Translations under genes and position numbers: made by a program
The notes under the pieces: generated by a model
What the model saw: the letters and a program-made list of their open reading frames with translations, nothing else
Database searches by the model: none
Told to the model about the DNA's origin: nothing
NCBI GenBank assembly: GCA_030272735.1
Contig: JARXKL010000001.1
Coordinates: 75,571-139,570, forward strand
Length of the DNA: 64,000 bases
DNA from: Patescibacteria group bacterium
Lineage (GTDB): Bacteria; Patescibacteriota; Saccharimonadia; Saccharimonadales; UBA4665
Reading direction: 5' to 3'
Shown: positions 28,249 to 37,190 of the stretch, one piece after another
Layout of the letters: each line of letters starts with the position of its first letter
Numbering within the stretch: the stretch's first letter is position 1

Positions 28249-28366
28249 AATGATTTTCGAACCGCATGTTTCAGCGATTCTCCTTCCCTTTCTTGTTATG
28301 ATTTGTCCGGCTTCGCCAGAAGATTTAATAAGACAGAAGTGCGTAACAAATAAATTGTAACAGAGT

Positions 28367-28648
28367 TTACCCCTGTTGTCTAGTGATGCGTTCTTCGATA
28401 GCGTATGCTTTATTTTCTAGCTCTCGCTGGATTACTGCATATGGGCCAGCGACTACTGTAGTTGCTAGTATAAGTGAACTCATTGTTTTTATGGTGCTAC
28501 CGAGCTCTTCAGTGTCGTGAATTTCAAAACCAGCTTTGACTGCACATACACCCATCGCCATGCCGCCAACACCGAAGAAAAACTTACTCATGCCACCCAA
28601 TGTGTTTGCCATATCGCGGTAATGCTGAGGAGTTTTTTGTTCTTGCAT
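28367..28648 (-). CDS. Small two-helix hydrophobic hypothetical protein
   Basis: 93 aa ORF starting 1 nt after the upstream ORF stop. Confidence 0.6.
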   Translation of the reverse strand: MQEQKTPQHYRDMANTLGGMSKFFFGVGGMAMGVCAVKAGFEIHDTEELGSTIKTMSSLILATTVVAGPYAVIQRELENKAYAIEERITRQQG

Positions 28649-28649
28649 G

Positions 28650-28868
28650 TTACTCGTTCCAGAAATGTCGCGTTGCTAAACTCCCCGCCGCAGTAATCGC
28701 AGCATATGCGAAGGTTTTTATAGTCGGTTGTTGTTCGGCGATAGTAGTAATAGTTTCACCAAGCCCAGCAGCTGTTACTAGTCCAGTTAAGGCTCCGACT
28801 ACTGTGCGTAGTTCTTGGTAGCGTTCATTGTGTTCAGATTCGTTTGGAAAATTATTGTAGTTAGCCAT
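28650..28868 (-). CDS. Small two-helix hydrophobic hypothetical protein
   Basis: ATG 8 nt after TTGCTT-17-TATAAA. Confidence 0.6.
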   Translation of the reverse strand: MANYNNFPNESEHNERYQELRTVVGALTGLVTAAGLGETITTIAEQQPTIKTFAYAAITAAGSLATRHFWNE

Positions 28869-28916
28869 ATACAATATTTATAGCACAAATGTTAGAAATA
28901 AGCAATTTTAACGCTA

Positions 28917-29465
28917 TTACACTCGTTTGACTTGGAGGCCGTCAAGTTCGACAGGCGTTTCGCGGCCGAACATGTTTACAAGTACTTTAAGTTTGCCCTT
29001 CGCAGGATCGATCTCTGAAATACTGCCATCGAAGCCTTTGAATGGTCCGTCGGTGATACTAACCACTTCGCCGAGTGCAAAGTCAATCTTGTGCTTAGGC
29101 TGCTCGAGGCCCATGCGCTTTTGGATCTTTTCAATTTCATCCTGTTCGACAGGAGTTGGGTCGGTACCCGAGCCGACGAAACCTGTGACCGATGGGGTAT
29201 TGCGCACAATGTACCATGCGTCTTCGGATAACTTCATGTGGACCAAAACATAACCCTGGAATATGCGCTTTTCTACAACTCGGCGCTTTCCGTTCTTGAT
29301 TTCAATCATTTTTTCTTTAGGAACTAAAACTTCAAAGATCTTGTCTTTCATGTCTAAGCTGTCAGCACGTTGCCGGATGCTTTCAGCAACTTTTTCTTCA
29401 TATCCACTGTAGGTATGAATGGCGTACCATCGTTTACTTGTGTCATATCTTTTGATTGTGCTCAT
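28917..29465 (-). CDS. nusG: Transcription factor NusG
   Basis: WYAIHTYSGYE, VRNTPSVTGFVG, KOW motif, FGRETPVEL. Confidence 0.98.
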   Translation of the reverse strand: MSTIKRYDTSKRWYAIHTYSGYEEKVAESIRQRADSLDMKDKIFEVLVPKEKMIEIKNGKRRVVEKRIFQGYVLVHMKLSEDAWYIVRNTPSVTGFVGSGTDPTPVEQDEIEKIQKRMGLEQPKHKIDFALGEVVSITDGPFKGFDGSISEIDPAKGKLKVLVNMFGRETPVELDGLQVKRV

Positions 29466-29478
29466 ATAATCTGATCCT

Positions 29479-29907
29479 TTACTTTAATAAGATGTCTCTA
29501 AATAATCTATCGAGTCCGAAATCGACAACTGCAACAATGACACCAAATACTGATGCAAATAAAATAACTGCAAAAGTCAGTTGTCGTGCTTTTTCCCAAT
29601 TGGGCCAGGTAACTTGGCGCAGTTCTGCCCAACTTCCGCGTACATACTTCGGTAGCAAAACGCGACCGATTATACGAAATGGCTTGCGAAGGAATTTGAA
29701 TGGACCAAAACCGCCAATTTTGCGGCCGGCGCTGCCTATAGGCCTAAAAACCGGTGCTGCCACTTTGCTGCTGGCAGTCTTTGCACGTGTAAAACGCTTT
29801 GGCTTGTCACCTTCTTCGCTGGCTTTAATAGCCCGCTCACGAAACGTTTCTGGATTTTTAACGAGCCGTTTTTTGGTTTTATTATCTGTCGGCTGATTCT
29901 CTGCCAT
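29479..29907 (-). CDS. secE: Preprotein translocase SecE with basic N-terminal extension
   Basis: ELRQVTWP plus TM helix; upstream of nusG. Confidence 0.92.
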   Translation of the reverse strand: MAENQPTDNKTKKRLVKNPETFRERAIKASEEGDKPKRFTRAKTASSKVAAPVFRPIGSAGRKIGGFGPFKFLRKPFRIIGRVLLPKYVRGSWAELRQVTWPNWEKARQLTFAVILFASVFGVIVAVVDFGLDRLFRDILLK

Positions 29908-30036
29908 GATGCTCCGGTACTCCCACAATTACGCCAAATAAAAAAGCCTACATGATTTTGTAGGCAACTGTTGTCAAGCATAGCAGGTGATTTTACTTTG
30001 GTCAACTGATAGGCCTAGAGCTGCTATTATAATGAG

Positions 30037-31545
30037 ATGACGCTTATACTTATAATGCTCATTGCCGCTGTAGTTGTAGAATCAAGCTTATGGCTAAAGC
30101 CAGTCTGGCATTTCCGCAACGCAATAGCACGAATACTGATGATAGCCAATATAGTGTTGTTCATTGCAGCAGGTATTACACACCCAGCAATATGGAATGC
30201 TGTATTGCTGTACTTAGGACTTTATAGATCAGTTAATATGCTGCGGATTATTCGTAACCGACTGCCATCTGACTATTTGTATCACGCTACTTGGCGCACC
30301 AGCCAGGTTCTTATTCTCCTGCAGCTTATCGTTGTATTCCTAGCCTACTTCACACATTATGTAAACATTCCCAATCACGCCCTGTTATATGTGAGCGGCT
30401 GCCTTATACTTCTGCTAAACCTACTTTTACTCTTGCATTTGCACAGACAGCTGCGCGTGACAATGCCAAAAATGCTTACGCAAGATGGGGAATCGGACCA
30501 CATGCCGAGTGTATCAGTGCTCATCCCCGCTCGAAATGAAACCGTAGAGCTACAGGAATGCCTTGAAGCGTTGCTTAGGTCCTCATATCGTAAACTCGAG
30601 ATTATTGTTCTTGACGACTGTTCTCAGAACAATCGCACTTCGGAAATCATCAAAAGTTTTGCACACGACGGCGTGCGGTTTATACCTGGCAACATACCAC
30701 CTAAACATTGGTTAGCCAAAAATCACGCTTACAACCGACTTGTCGAAGAATCTAACGGAGAAATACTGCTGTTCTGCGGTGTCGATACTAGGTTTGCGCC
30801 TGAGACTGTTTCGCAGTTAGTTAGCGAGTTGCAGTCACGTAAGAAAAATATGCTTTCAGTACTTCCTATCAACATATTGCCTCAGCAGTCGTCAATTCTC
30901 TCAAGTGCTGTCCAGGCCACCAGATACGCTTGGGAATTTATGCTACCTCGTCAATATATAGGACGTCCGGCAGTCCTGAGCACATGCTGGCTAATTACTC
31001 GCAAACAGCTGAAAAATAGCGGTGGGTTTAATGCTTATAAACAAAGTATTGTTCCCGAACGGTATTTTGCAAAAGCAGCTGCAGCAACAAACGATAGTTA
31101 CAGCTTTCTGCAATCGCCTAAAACTGGAAGCGTAACAACTAATAAAACATTTGTAGACCAAAAAGACACTGCAGTTCGAACGCGCTATCCATTGTTGCGT
31201 AAGCGTCCTGAAAACGTCGTTATGTTTTGCATAGCCAATACATTGCTTTCGATTTTTCCATTTGCTCTGCTTATAACTGCGTTGCTAACCGGTGACAGAA
31301 CATTGCTTGCAGTAAGTAGCGCAAGCTGCGCATCGCTGATGATAATGGGACTCATGATGACAAAATTGCTTTACCGCCGATTACTCTGGCGAGGAATATT
31401 GCTATTTCCGATGCAAACTATAATCGATATCATTCTGCTCAACATCTCACTCCATAGGTATGAATTTAGTGAAGTGCTATGGAAAGGCCGTAACATCTGT
31501 GTCCCCGTAATGGAGGTTATTCCAAGATTGCCAAAGCTCGACTAA
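30037..31545 (+). CDS. Membrane-bound GT2 glycosyltransferase (CrtQ/HpnB-like)
   Basis: VSVLIPARNE, LDDCS, WLAKNHA and C-terminal WKGR; four N-terminal TM helices. Confidence 0.85.
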   Translation: MTLILIMLIAAVVVESSLWLKPVWHFRNAIARILMIANIVLFIAAGITHPAIWNAVLLYLGLYRSVNMLRIIRNRLPSDYLYHATWRTSQVLILLQLIVVFLAYFTHYVNIPNHALLYVSGCLILLLNLLLLLHLHRQLRVTMPKMLTQDGESDHMPSVSVLIPARNETVELQECLEALLRSSYRKLEIIVLDDCSQNNRTSEIIKSFAHDGVRFIPGNIPPKHWLAKNHAYNRLVEESNGEILLFCGVDTRFAPETVSQLVSELQSRKKNMLSVLPINILPQQSSILSSAVQATRYAWEFMLPRQYIGRPAVLSTCWLITRKQLKNSGGFNAYKQSIVPERYFAKAAAATNDSYSFLQSPKTGSVTTNKTFVDQKDTAVRTRYPLLRKRPENVVMFCIANTLLSIFPFALLITALLTGDRTLLAVSSASCASLMIMGLMMTKLLYRRLLWRGILLFPMQTIIDIILLNISLHRYEFSEVLWKGRNICVPVMEVIPRLPKLD

Positions 31546-32639
31546 GCAAGATTTGGTACGAAAATAGTGAATGTTGAGCCTTTGTTGAGCTCACTTTGCA
31601 AGTCGATCTCGGCGTGTATCAAACGCGTTAATTTCATCGTGACATATAGGCCAAGTCCAGTACCGTTTGCTTTTCGGGTTCTATAATCTTCTGATCGGAA
31701 AAATTTATCAAACACTTGATGTTGATCACCCTTTGCTATGCCGATTCCCGTGTCATGTATAGCAAAGCGTACGCCTTTAGGCGCTGTCTGGGCTTCGATT
31801 GTTACCGAGCCTTTTTCGGTGTATTTGATGGCATTGGTTATAAAGTTTTGAAGAATTTCGCGTGTGTAGAGCTTGCTCGACTGTAGTAGTTCGAGCTGCG
31901 GATCGAGCACCGTCTTAATCTGCAATCCTTTAGCTTCGGCCTGCGTTTCATAATTGTGCGAAAGTTCTTTGACTAAATCATGCACATTAATAGGTTCGAC
32001 GTTCACCTGCAAAACACCGCGCTCGGCACGACTCAAGGTTGAAAGGTCGTTGATCATATCTGCTAAAAATAATATTTGGCTATGGGTTTCTTTGAGCGTT
32101 GCGCGAATCGTGGCTAAATCGCCAGTCTTATCGGCAATAAATTCTGCGTTACTGATGTTCCCTTCTGCTATAGCAATTGGAGTGCGTAATTCGTGACTGA
32201 CAACGCTGATAAACTCGTCGCGCTCTTCTTCGAGGGATTTTTCACGGGTAATATCGCGGAGTAAGATTACATAGCCTTTTTGGCCTTTTTCGCCGTAGCC
32301 CAACCGTACTGGTGCGATACTCATGTATAAATTGATACGGCTGCCATCAGCATATTTAAGCAGCAAATCGCGATTTGTGATCGGCACTTTAGCACTTTGA
32401 ATCATAGTAATGATATCTACTGCTTGGTTCTCGGCGTCAATCGGGTTCAGTAAAGTAGTAATTGGCTTATTGATGGTAATAGTATTGACGTCGAACACGT
32501 TAAGCGCTGCGCCGTTATACATTACGATATTCACTTTTTCGTCCACCGCTATAACGGCGTCCGCCATGCTATTAATAAGGCTGGTTAAACGCTCGTGTTC
32601 GAGATGTTCATTTGCAGCGGTTTGTTTTTTAGTAACCAT
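31542..32639 (-). CDS. Cytoplasmic PAS-domain histidine kinase
   Basis: SHELRTP, NAIKYT, DTGIGI and GTGLGL boxes. Confidence 0.95.
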   Translation of the reverse strand: MVTKKQTAANEHLEHERLTSLINSMADAVIAVDEKVNIVMYNGAALNVFDVNTITINKPITTLLNPIDAENQAVDIITMIQSAKVPITNRDLLLKYADGSRINLYMSIAPVRLGYGEKGQKGYVILLRDITREKSLEEERDEFISVVSHELRTPIAIAEGNISNAEFIADKTGDLATIRATLKETHSQILFLADMINDLSTLSRAERGVLQVNVEPINVHDLVKELSHNYETQAEAKGLQIKTVLDPQLELLQSSKLYTREILQNFITNAIKYTEKGSVTIEAQTAPKGVRFAIHDTGIGIAKGDQHQVFDKFFRSEDYRTRKANGTGLGLYVTMKLTRLIHAEIDLQSELNKGSTFTIFVPNLA

Positions 32640-32664
32640 AAGTGTGATTACAGTATGCCATACC

Positions 32665-33378
32665 TTAGCTAACGCGTGAACTATGGAGCATCGGCTGGTA
32701 GCTACGCATAGCTTTACGGCGGGCTGGTAAGCCGGGCACGATTCGTTTCATTGTTTCCCAAAAATCAGGCCCGTGGTTTAAATGCTGTGTATGAGTTAAT
32801 TCATGAAGTAATACGTAATCAATCAGCTCCCATGGTAGCTGCATCAGATACAAATTGAGTACTATATGCTTTTTCTGGTCACAACTTCCCCAGCGACTTT
32901 TGAGCTGCTTAATCGATACATCTAAGTATGCAAAGCCATATTTTTTCGCTAAAGCGTCGATGCGCTGCGGAAGCAACTTTTCGGCTTGTGATCTGAGCGC
33001 GCGTATACTTGCGCTGGTAATGACTTTTTGAACTGCTGGAGAGTCTGGGGCTATATACGAAGGATAGCGGACCACTACTTTGCCGGGTATAACGCGGCTG
33101 CTTACTTTTTTAGCAATCGGCGATGGGAGCAGTTCTAAATGATGTGCTTTACCAATTGCCTGCCCATTCTGCATGACTGTCGCCGGTTTTTTCTGTGCGG
33201 TTATCCATCCCTGCCTTGATTTCGCAAATTTTAAACCTGCAGCATATGGCGTCCATGTTGGGATTGTAACGCGGATAGTGCCCGTTGAAGTAACGCTCAG
33301 CCGTAAAGAAGTGGCGCCTTTACGCTTATAAATGGTTACCTGGAGGTCCTCATGTAAGACAAATGTCTTGAAAGCCAT
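32665..33378 (-). CDS. YgjP/M48-family zinc metalloprotein
   Basis: SRWGSC and YVLLHELTH..HLNHGPDFW. Confidence 0.92.
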   Translation of the reverse strand: MAFKTFVLHEDLQVTIYKRKGATSLRLSVTSTGTIRVTIPTWTPYAAGLKFAKSRQGWITAQKKPATVMQNGQAIGKAHHLELLPSPIAKKVSSRVIPGKVVVRYPSYIAPDSPAVQKVITSASIRALRSQAEKLLPQRIDALAKKYGFAYLDVSIKQLKSRWGSCDQKKHIVLNLYLMQLPWELIDYVLLHELTHTQHLNHGPDFWETMKRIVPGLPARRKAMRSYQPMLHSSRVS

Positions 33379-33387
33379 GGTTTAGAA

Positions 33388-34047
33388 TTAACGAATGCGG
33401 ATATTGCGGCGGGTCATATCAACTCGACCAACATTATTTGGAACAAGATTGACCATGCCGGGCTTAATAGTACGAGAAGCAGCTTCGTCGCTCGTCATCA
33501 CGCCGAGTTCACGGAGTTTACTGACGACAGCGCTTTGCTGCATATTAAAAAGATGCTTGCCGCTTACGACCGCGAAATTCTCCCCTTGCTTGGGGTTTTG
33601 CATGTGACCTACCACTTGCTCGAAGGTAGAACGGTCCCACTGAGCTGCATATTTATCATCGGCACGGCGGCGATCGCGTTTTTGGTTACGGGCAAAGGCT
33701 GTATCCGGATCCATCTGGAACCAAACAAGTACTGGCGTAGTGTGATTGCGATAGGCCATATCAAATAAAGCGCGGCGTTGGCCCGAACGGAGAGCGTTAA
33801 CATCATATGCAACGCTGAGACCCGCAGATAGAAACTCTTCAGTCATGTAGTCCATCAACTGAGTTACGATGTCGTTTTCTTGTTTGTCATAACGTGGTGA
33901 TTCAAACAGTTCACCGCGGATACGATCGGCCTGCAAATGAGCAGCCTGTACATTCTCGCAGAATTGACGTGCGAAGTAGGTTTTGCCTGCACCTGGGTAG
34001 CCATAAAACAGCAACAAAAAGGGCTTGGAAGGATATATTTTGGCCAT
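33388..34047 (-). CDS. AAA_33-type P-loop kinase
   Basis: YGYPGAGKTYFAR; start MAKIYP. Confidence 0.85.
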   Translation of the reverse strand: MAKIYPSKPFLLLFYGYPGAGKTYFARQFCENVQAAHLQADRIRGELFESPRYDKQENDIVTQLMDYMTEEFLSAGLSVAYDVNALRSGQRRALFDMAYRNHTTPVLVWFQMDPDTAFARNQKRDRRRADDKYAAQWDRSTFEQVVGHMQNPKQGENFAVVSGKHLFNMQQSAVVSKLRELGVMTSDEAASRTIKPGMVNLVPNNVGRVDMTRRNIRIR

Positions 34048-34139
34048 GTGTATATATGTATAGCAGATTTTACGGAGGTTGAAAAGGCAAAACAGATGAC
34101 AATACGAGCAATTTGGCATAGAATAAATCAGTTGCCTAT

Positions 34140-34214
34140 AGGGGTATAGTACAACGGTTAGTATAAAGGTCTCCAAAACCTTAGATCGTGGTTCGATTCC
34201 ACGTACCCCTGCCA
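34140..34214 (+). tRNA. tRNA-Trp(CCA)
   Basis: AGGGGTA/TACCCCT acceptor stem, AAGGT-CTCCAAA-ACCTT anticodon arm, encoded CCA. Confidence 0.96.
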
Positions 34215-34251
34215 AATAAAAATGCCGACCATCGTGTCGGCCTTTTTATTT
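34214..34251 (+). terminator. Terminator after tRNA-Trp
   Basis: GCCGAC...GTCGGC stem flanked by A and T runs. Confidence 0.75.
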
Positions 34252-34374
34252 GTTTGCGGTTCGCGGATCTGAACCACTCAGGCCGAAGGCCGTGGTTCGA
34301 AGATCAAAGCCACGCGCAGGTGCTTGCACCGAGCATGGCTGCAGAGCGCAAGCCGCAGGCTTATACACGCACCA
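34251..34374 (+). repeat. tRNA-Trp-linked multi-hairpin element
   Basis: Nested GATCT/GAACCAC/GGCC-GAA-GGCC/GTGGTTC/AGATC and AAGCC-GCA-GGCTT; contains CGTGGTTCGA from the tRNA T-arm. Confidence 0.6.
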
Positions 34375-34444
34375 TTAAATAAGCCGTTCATGCTTGCATC
34401 TAATAAATTCATCGCCATAATCTATGACATAAGAGGAGTTATGT

Positions 34445-34759
34445 ATGACAGATAACAAGATTGAACTCATAAATACGGACAGCGATGGATATGTTATTCC
34501 AGGTGAAGATTGGCATAAATTTCCTACCCGAGAAAACGCATTCGGTGGTTATTGGCCTACTACATATAGAGGCTGGGGTGTATTTATCGGCGATTTAGCA
34601 TTACGTGAAAAGATGGATGACATACCAAATCGCATAATATCTGCTTTCGCAGAAGCTGCGGAGCCTCCAATAGACGGTGAAGACCTTAGCCACTTTAGCG
34701 AAGGAGTCATCATCGCAAGTTTAGTTAAAAGACATCATCGAGACACCGGAATAGTATAG
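34445..34759 (+). CDS. Hypothetical protein
   Basis: 104 aa, GAGGAG SD, TTGCAT..CATAAT promoter. Confidence 0.65.
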   Translation: MTDNKIELINTDSDGYVIPGEDWHKFPTRENAFGGYWPTTYRGWGVFIGDLALREKMDDIPNRIISAFAEAAEPPIDGEDLSHFSEGVIIASLVKRHHRDTGIV

Positions 34760-34809
34760 TCAAAAGGTCGGCCTGAGTGAGGGTGTTTAAAAGTGTCTGG
34801 GTTAGTATT

Positions 34810-34828
34810 TACTTGACTAACTCAAGTA
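34810..34828. promoter_or_regulatory. Palindromic operator over the -35 box of the ABC operon
   Basis: TACTTGA-CTAAC-TCAAGTA overlapping TTGACT. Confidence 0.5.
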
Positions 34829-34851
34829 TCTTAATCTAAAATTGTTTACAT

Positions 34852-35643
34852 ATGAACAATACTGCAACTTCTGACCTACCCGCCCTCCGCGTCGTTAACT
34901 TAGAAAAAACTTATGCCACAGGCACGAAGGCCCTAAACGGCATCAGCCTCAACATTCCTCAAGGTTCATTCTTCGGCCTGCTTGGTCCGAATGGTGCCGG
35001 TAAATCGACCCTAATCCACTGCATTATGGGTCTGGCAATGCCAACTGGTGGAACCGCAGAAGTCATGGGTCATGATGTTGTCAAAGACTACAGAGCAGCC
35101 CGCCAGCTCATCGGTTTAGCGCCACAAGAAGTTAACTTAGATTGGTTCCTTTCTGTTGAAGATACACTCGATTATCATGGTGGTTACTACGGTATGCGAA
35201 AAGCCGAACGCAAAGAGCGTATCGACGAGCTCCTCGAGGCATTTTCGTTAACCGAAAAGCGCAAGATTAATACAAGATTCTTATCTGGAGGCATGAAGCG
35301 TAGAGTAGTGCTGGCACGAGCGCTAATGCACCGCCCTAAAATGCTTATTCTCGATGAGCCAACCGCTGGCGTCGACGTTGAGTTAAGGCTTGAACTCTGG
35401 AAATACATGAGCCGCGTAAATAAAGAAGACAAGACAACTATTCTGTTAACGACTCATTACATTGAAGAGGCCGAGCAGCTCTGTGACCATTTAGCGCTCA
35501 TTAACGGGGGCGAAATTATTAAGACTGGCACCGGTGCAGAACTCAAAAAGCATTATAATAAAAAAACTTTAGAAGATGTGTACTTAGAACTAGTAGGTCG
35601 AGGCGAACTGACCCGTAGCAGCCTTACAGGAGCAGACAAATGA
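34852..35643 (+). CDS. ABC-2 exporter ATP-binding protein (YadG-like)
   Basis: GPNGAGKS, LSGGMKRR and LDEPTAGVD motifs. Confidence 0.95.
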   Translation: MNNTATSDLPALRVVNLEKTYATGTKALNGISLNIPQGSFFGLLGPNGAGKSTLIHCIMGLAMPTGGTAEVMGHDVVKDYRAARQLIGLAPQEVNLDWFLSVEDTLDYHGGYYGMRKAERKERIDELLEAFSLTEKRKINTRFLSGGMKRRVVLARALMHRPKMLILDEPTAGVDVELRLELWKYMSRVNKEDKTTILLTTHYIEEAEQLCDHLALINGGEIIKTGTGAELKKHYNKKTLEDVYLELVGRGELTRSSLTGADK

Positions 35644-36416
35644 CCCGCGTTGAATCATTACTGCCATTTTGGACCGTATTACGACGGGAGCTGACTCGCT
35701 TTTGGGGAATCAAGCGCCAGACTATTTTAGGTCCAGTGCTCGAAACGTATCTCTATATAAGTGTGTTTGGGGCAGCGCTCGGTAGCCGCATCAGCCACCT
35801 CGATGGGTACCGCTACATCGTATTCATTATTCCAGGACTGTTAATGATGAGTTTCGCAATAAATATTTTCTCAAATAATTCGTCATCACTTTTTCAGCAA
35901 AAAATGCAGCACTCTATTGATGATCAGCTGGCATCACCCGTTTCTAACACACAGCTATTGCTCGCCTACGGCATGGGCGGCTTTATACGTGCGCTGATTG
36001 TAACTGGTATTACCTACTTAACAGCACTTATTCTTGTAGATGGCCTGCCGATGGCCCATCCATTTCTCTTTATTTTAAGCTTTATTCTCATTGGACTATT
36101 CTTTGCAATGCTCGGAGTGCTCGTTGGATTACGTGCTGAAAAGTTTGACGACATTAGCCTCTACCAGACATTTATACTGCAGCCGCTTATATTCCTAGGA
36201 GGAGTGTTTTACTCAACCTCACTATTGCCGCCGTTCTTTAAAACACTTTCTCAGCTCAATCCAATCCACTACATGATAAATACGGTTCGGTATTCTATGC
36301 TTGGCAAGGCAGATGTAAACGTGGCAGTAAGCCTGTCTGTTATTGGTGCATTTGGTTTCGGTTTATTTATACTCAATTACATCTTATTCCAGCGGGGCTA
36401 TAAACTACGAAGTTAA
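35640..36416 (+). CDS. ABC-2 permease (YadH-like)
   Basis: FIIPGL, PLIFLGGVFYS, NPIHY and GYKLRS motifs. Confidence 0.93.
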   Translation: MTRVESLLPFWTVLRRELTRFWGIKRQTILGPVLETYLYISVFGAALGSRISHLDGYRYIVFIIPGLLMMSFAINIFSNNSSSLFQQKMQHSIDDQLASPVSNTQLLLAYGMGGFIRALIVTGITYLTALILVDGLPMAHPFLFILSFILIGLFFAMLGVLVGLRAEKFDDISLYQTFILQPLIFLGGVFYSTSLLPPFFKTLSQLNPIHYMINTVRYSMLGKADVNVAVSLSVIGAFGFGLFILNYILFQRGYKLRS

Positions 36417-36472
36417 TGTCCATAGTGGCTATGCTTGCATAAATAACCCCTGTTATTCATAATGCTCATCTT

Positions 36473-37054
36473 ATGACTGATATTGCAGCTAACTTTCATC
36501 GAAATACCTTTGAGCAGCGTATGCTCGATGAAGTAAACAAATGTAGAGAAGAGTTTGCATTAGTTATACCGGGTGAATCCGAGATAACACTTCCTGAAGA
36601 TGCAACTATTAAGGCAGGCCTGATAATCCATCAGCCAGTTGCTATTAATGTTTGGCCTAAAGTTGTGTATGCGGAAAGTGAGCAACATGATGATTTGTCT
36701 GAAGAGTTTACGACGCTGCTGAATACCGAATTACCGACGCGCGGGATTTTTACAGTAAGGAAACCTAAAAAACATTTACCTTCAGATGTTATAGAAGCAA
36801 GTCGAGATCTTTTTCGACACCAACGTAATGTGTTAGGCGGCTATGTGCTATTGGAAAGTGATCAAACGGGAGTACTGCTTATGGAAAAATTTATTTCTAA
36901 GTTGTTATTGCTTAGGGCTGGTATAGGACTTACAGTTAGCGGTAAACGGCCTAAAGCCACTGCAGAAGAGCGAGCATTTTCTGCGATCGAACGTGCCGTA
37001 CCAAAGCGTAGACAACTACAGAAAATTATCAGACCTCAAAATCCTGATTTGTAG
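36473..37054 (+). CDS. Hypothetical protein
   Basis: 193 aa ORF 9 nt after TTGCAT-17-CATAAT. Confidence 0.7.
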   Translation: MTDIAANFHRNTFEQRMLDEVNKCREEFALVIPGESEITLPEDATIKAGLIIHQPVAINVWPKVVYAESEQHDDLSEEFTTLLNTELPTRGIFTVRKPKKHLPSDVIEASRDLFRHQRNVLGGYVLLESDQTGVLLMEKFISKLLLLRAGIGLTVSGKRPKATAEERAFSAIERAVPKRRQLQKIIRPQNPDL

Positions 37055-37190
37055 TAATTTACACTGTTGTAAAAAAGCTTTGACTTAGTAGTCATTTGCT
37101 CTACAATATAGAGGTAACGCGCTTGTGCTAGAAGTGTAAATTGCTTATACTTAAGCTAGTTAAAACCAAAGAACCTGAAAAAAGAGGGTA

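Noticed and set aside
28249..28345. Hairpins in the rplK leader as a second L1 site
   Set aside because: Only a loose GGAG...CGAAAA resemblance; the clear site is before rplA
34048..34215. N-terminal extension of the kinase ORF
   Set aside because: Antisense to tRNA-Trp; the real start is 34047
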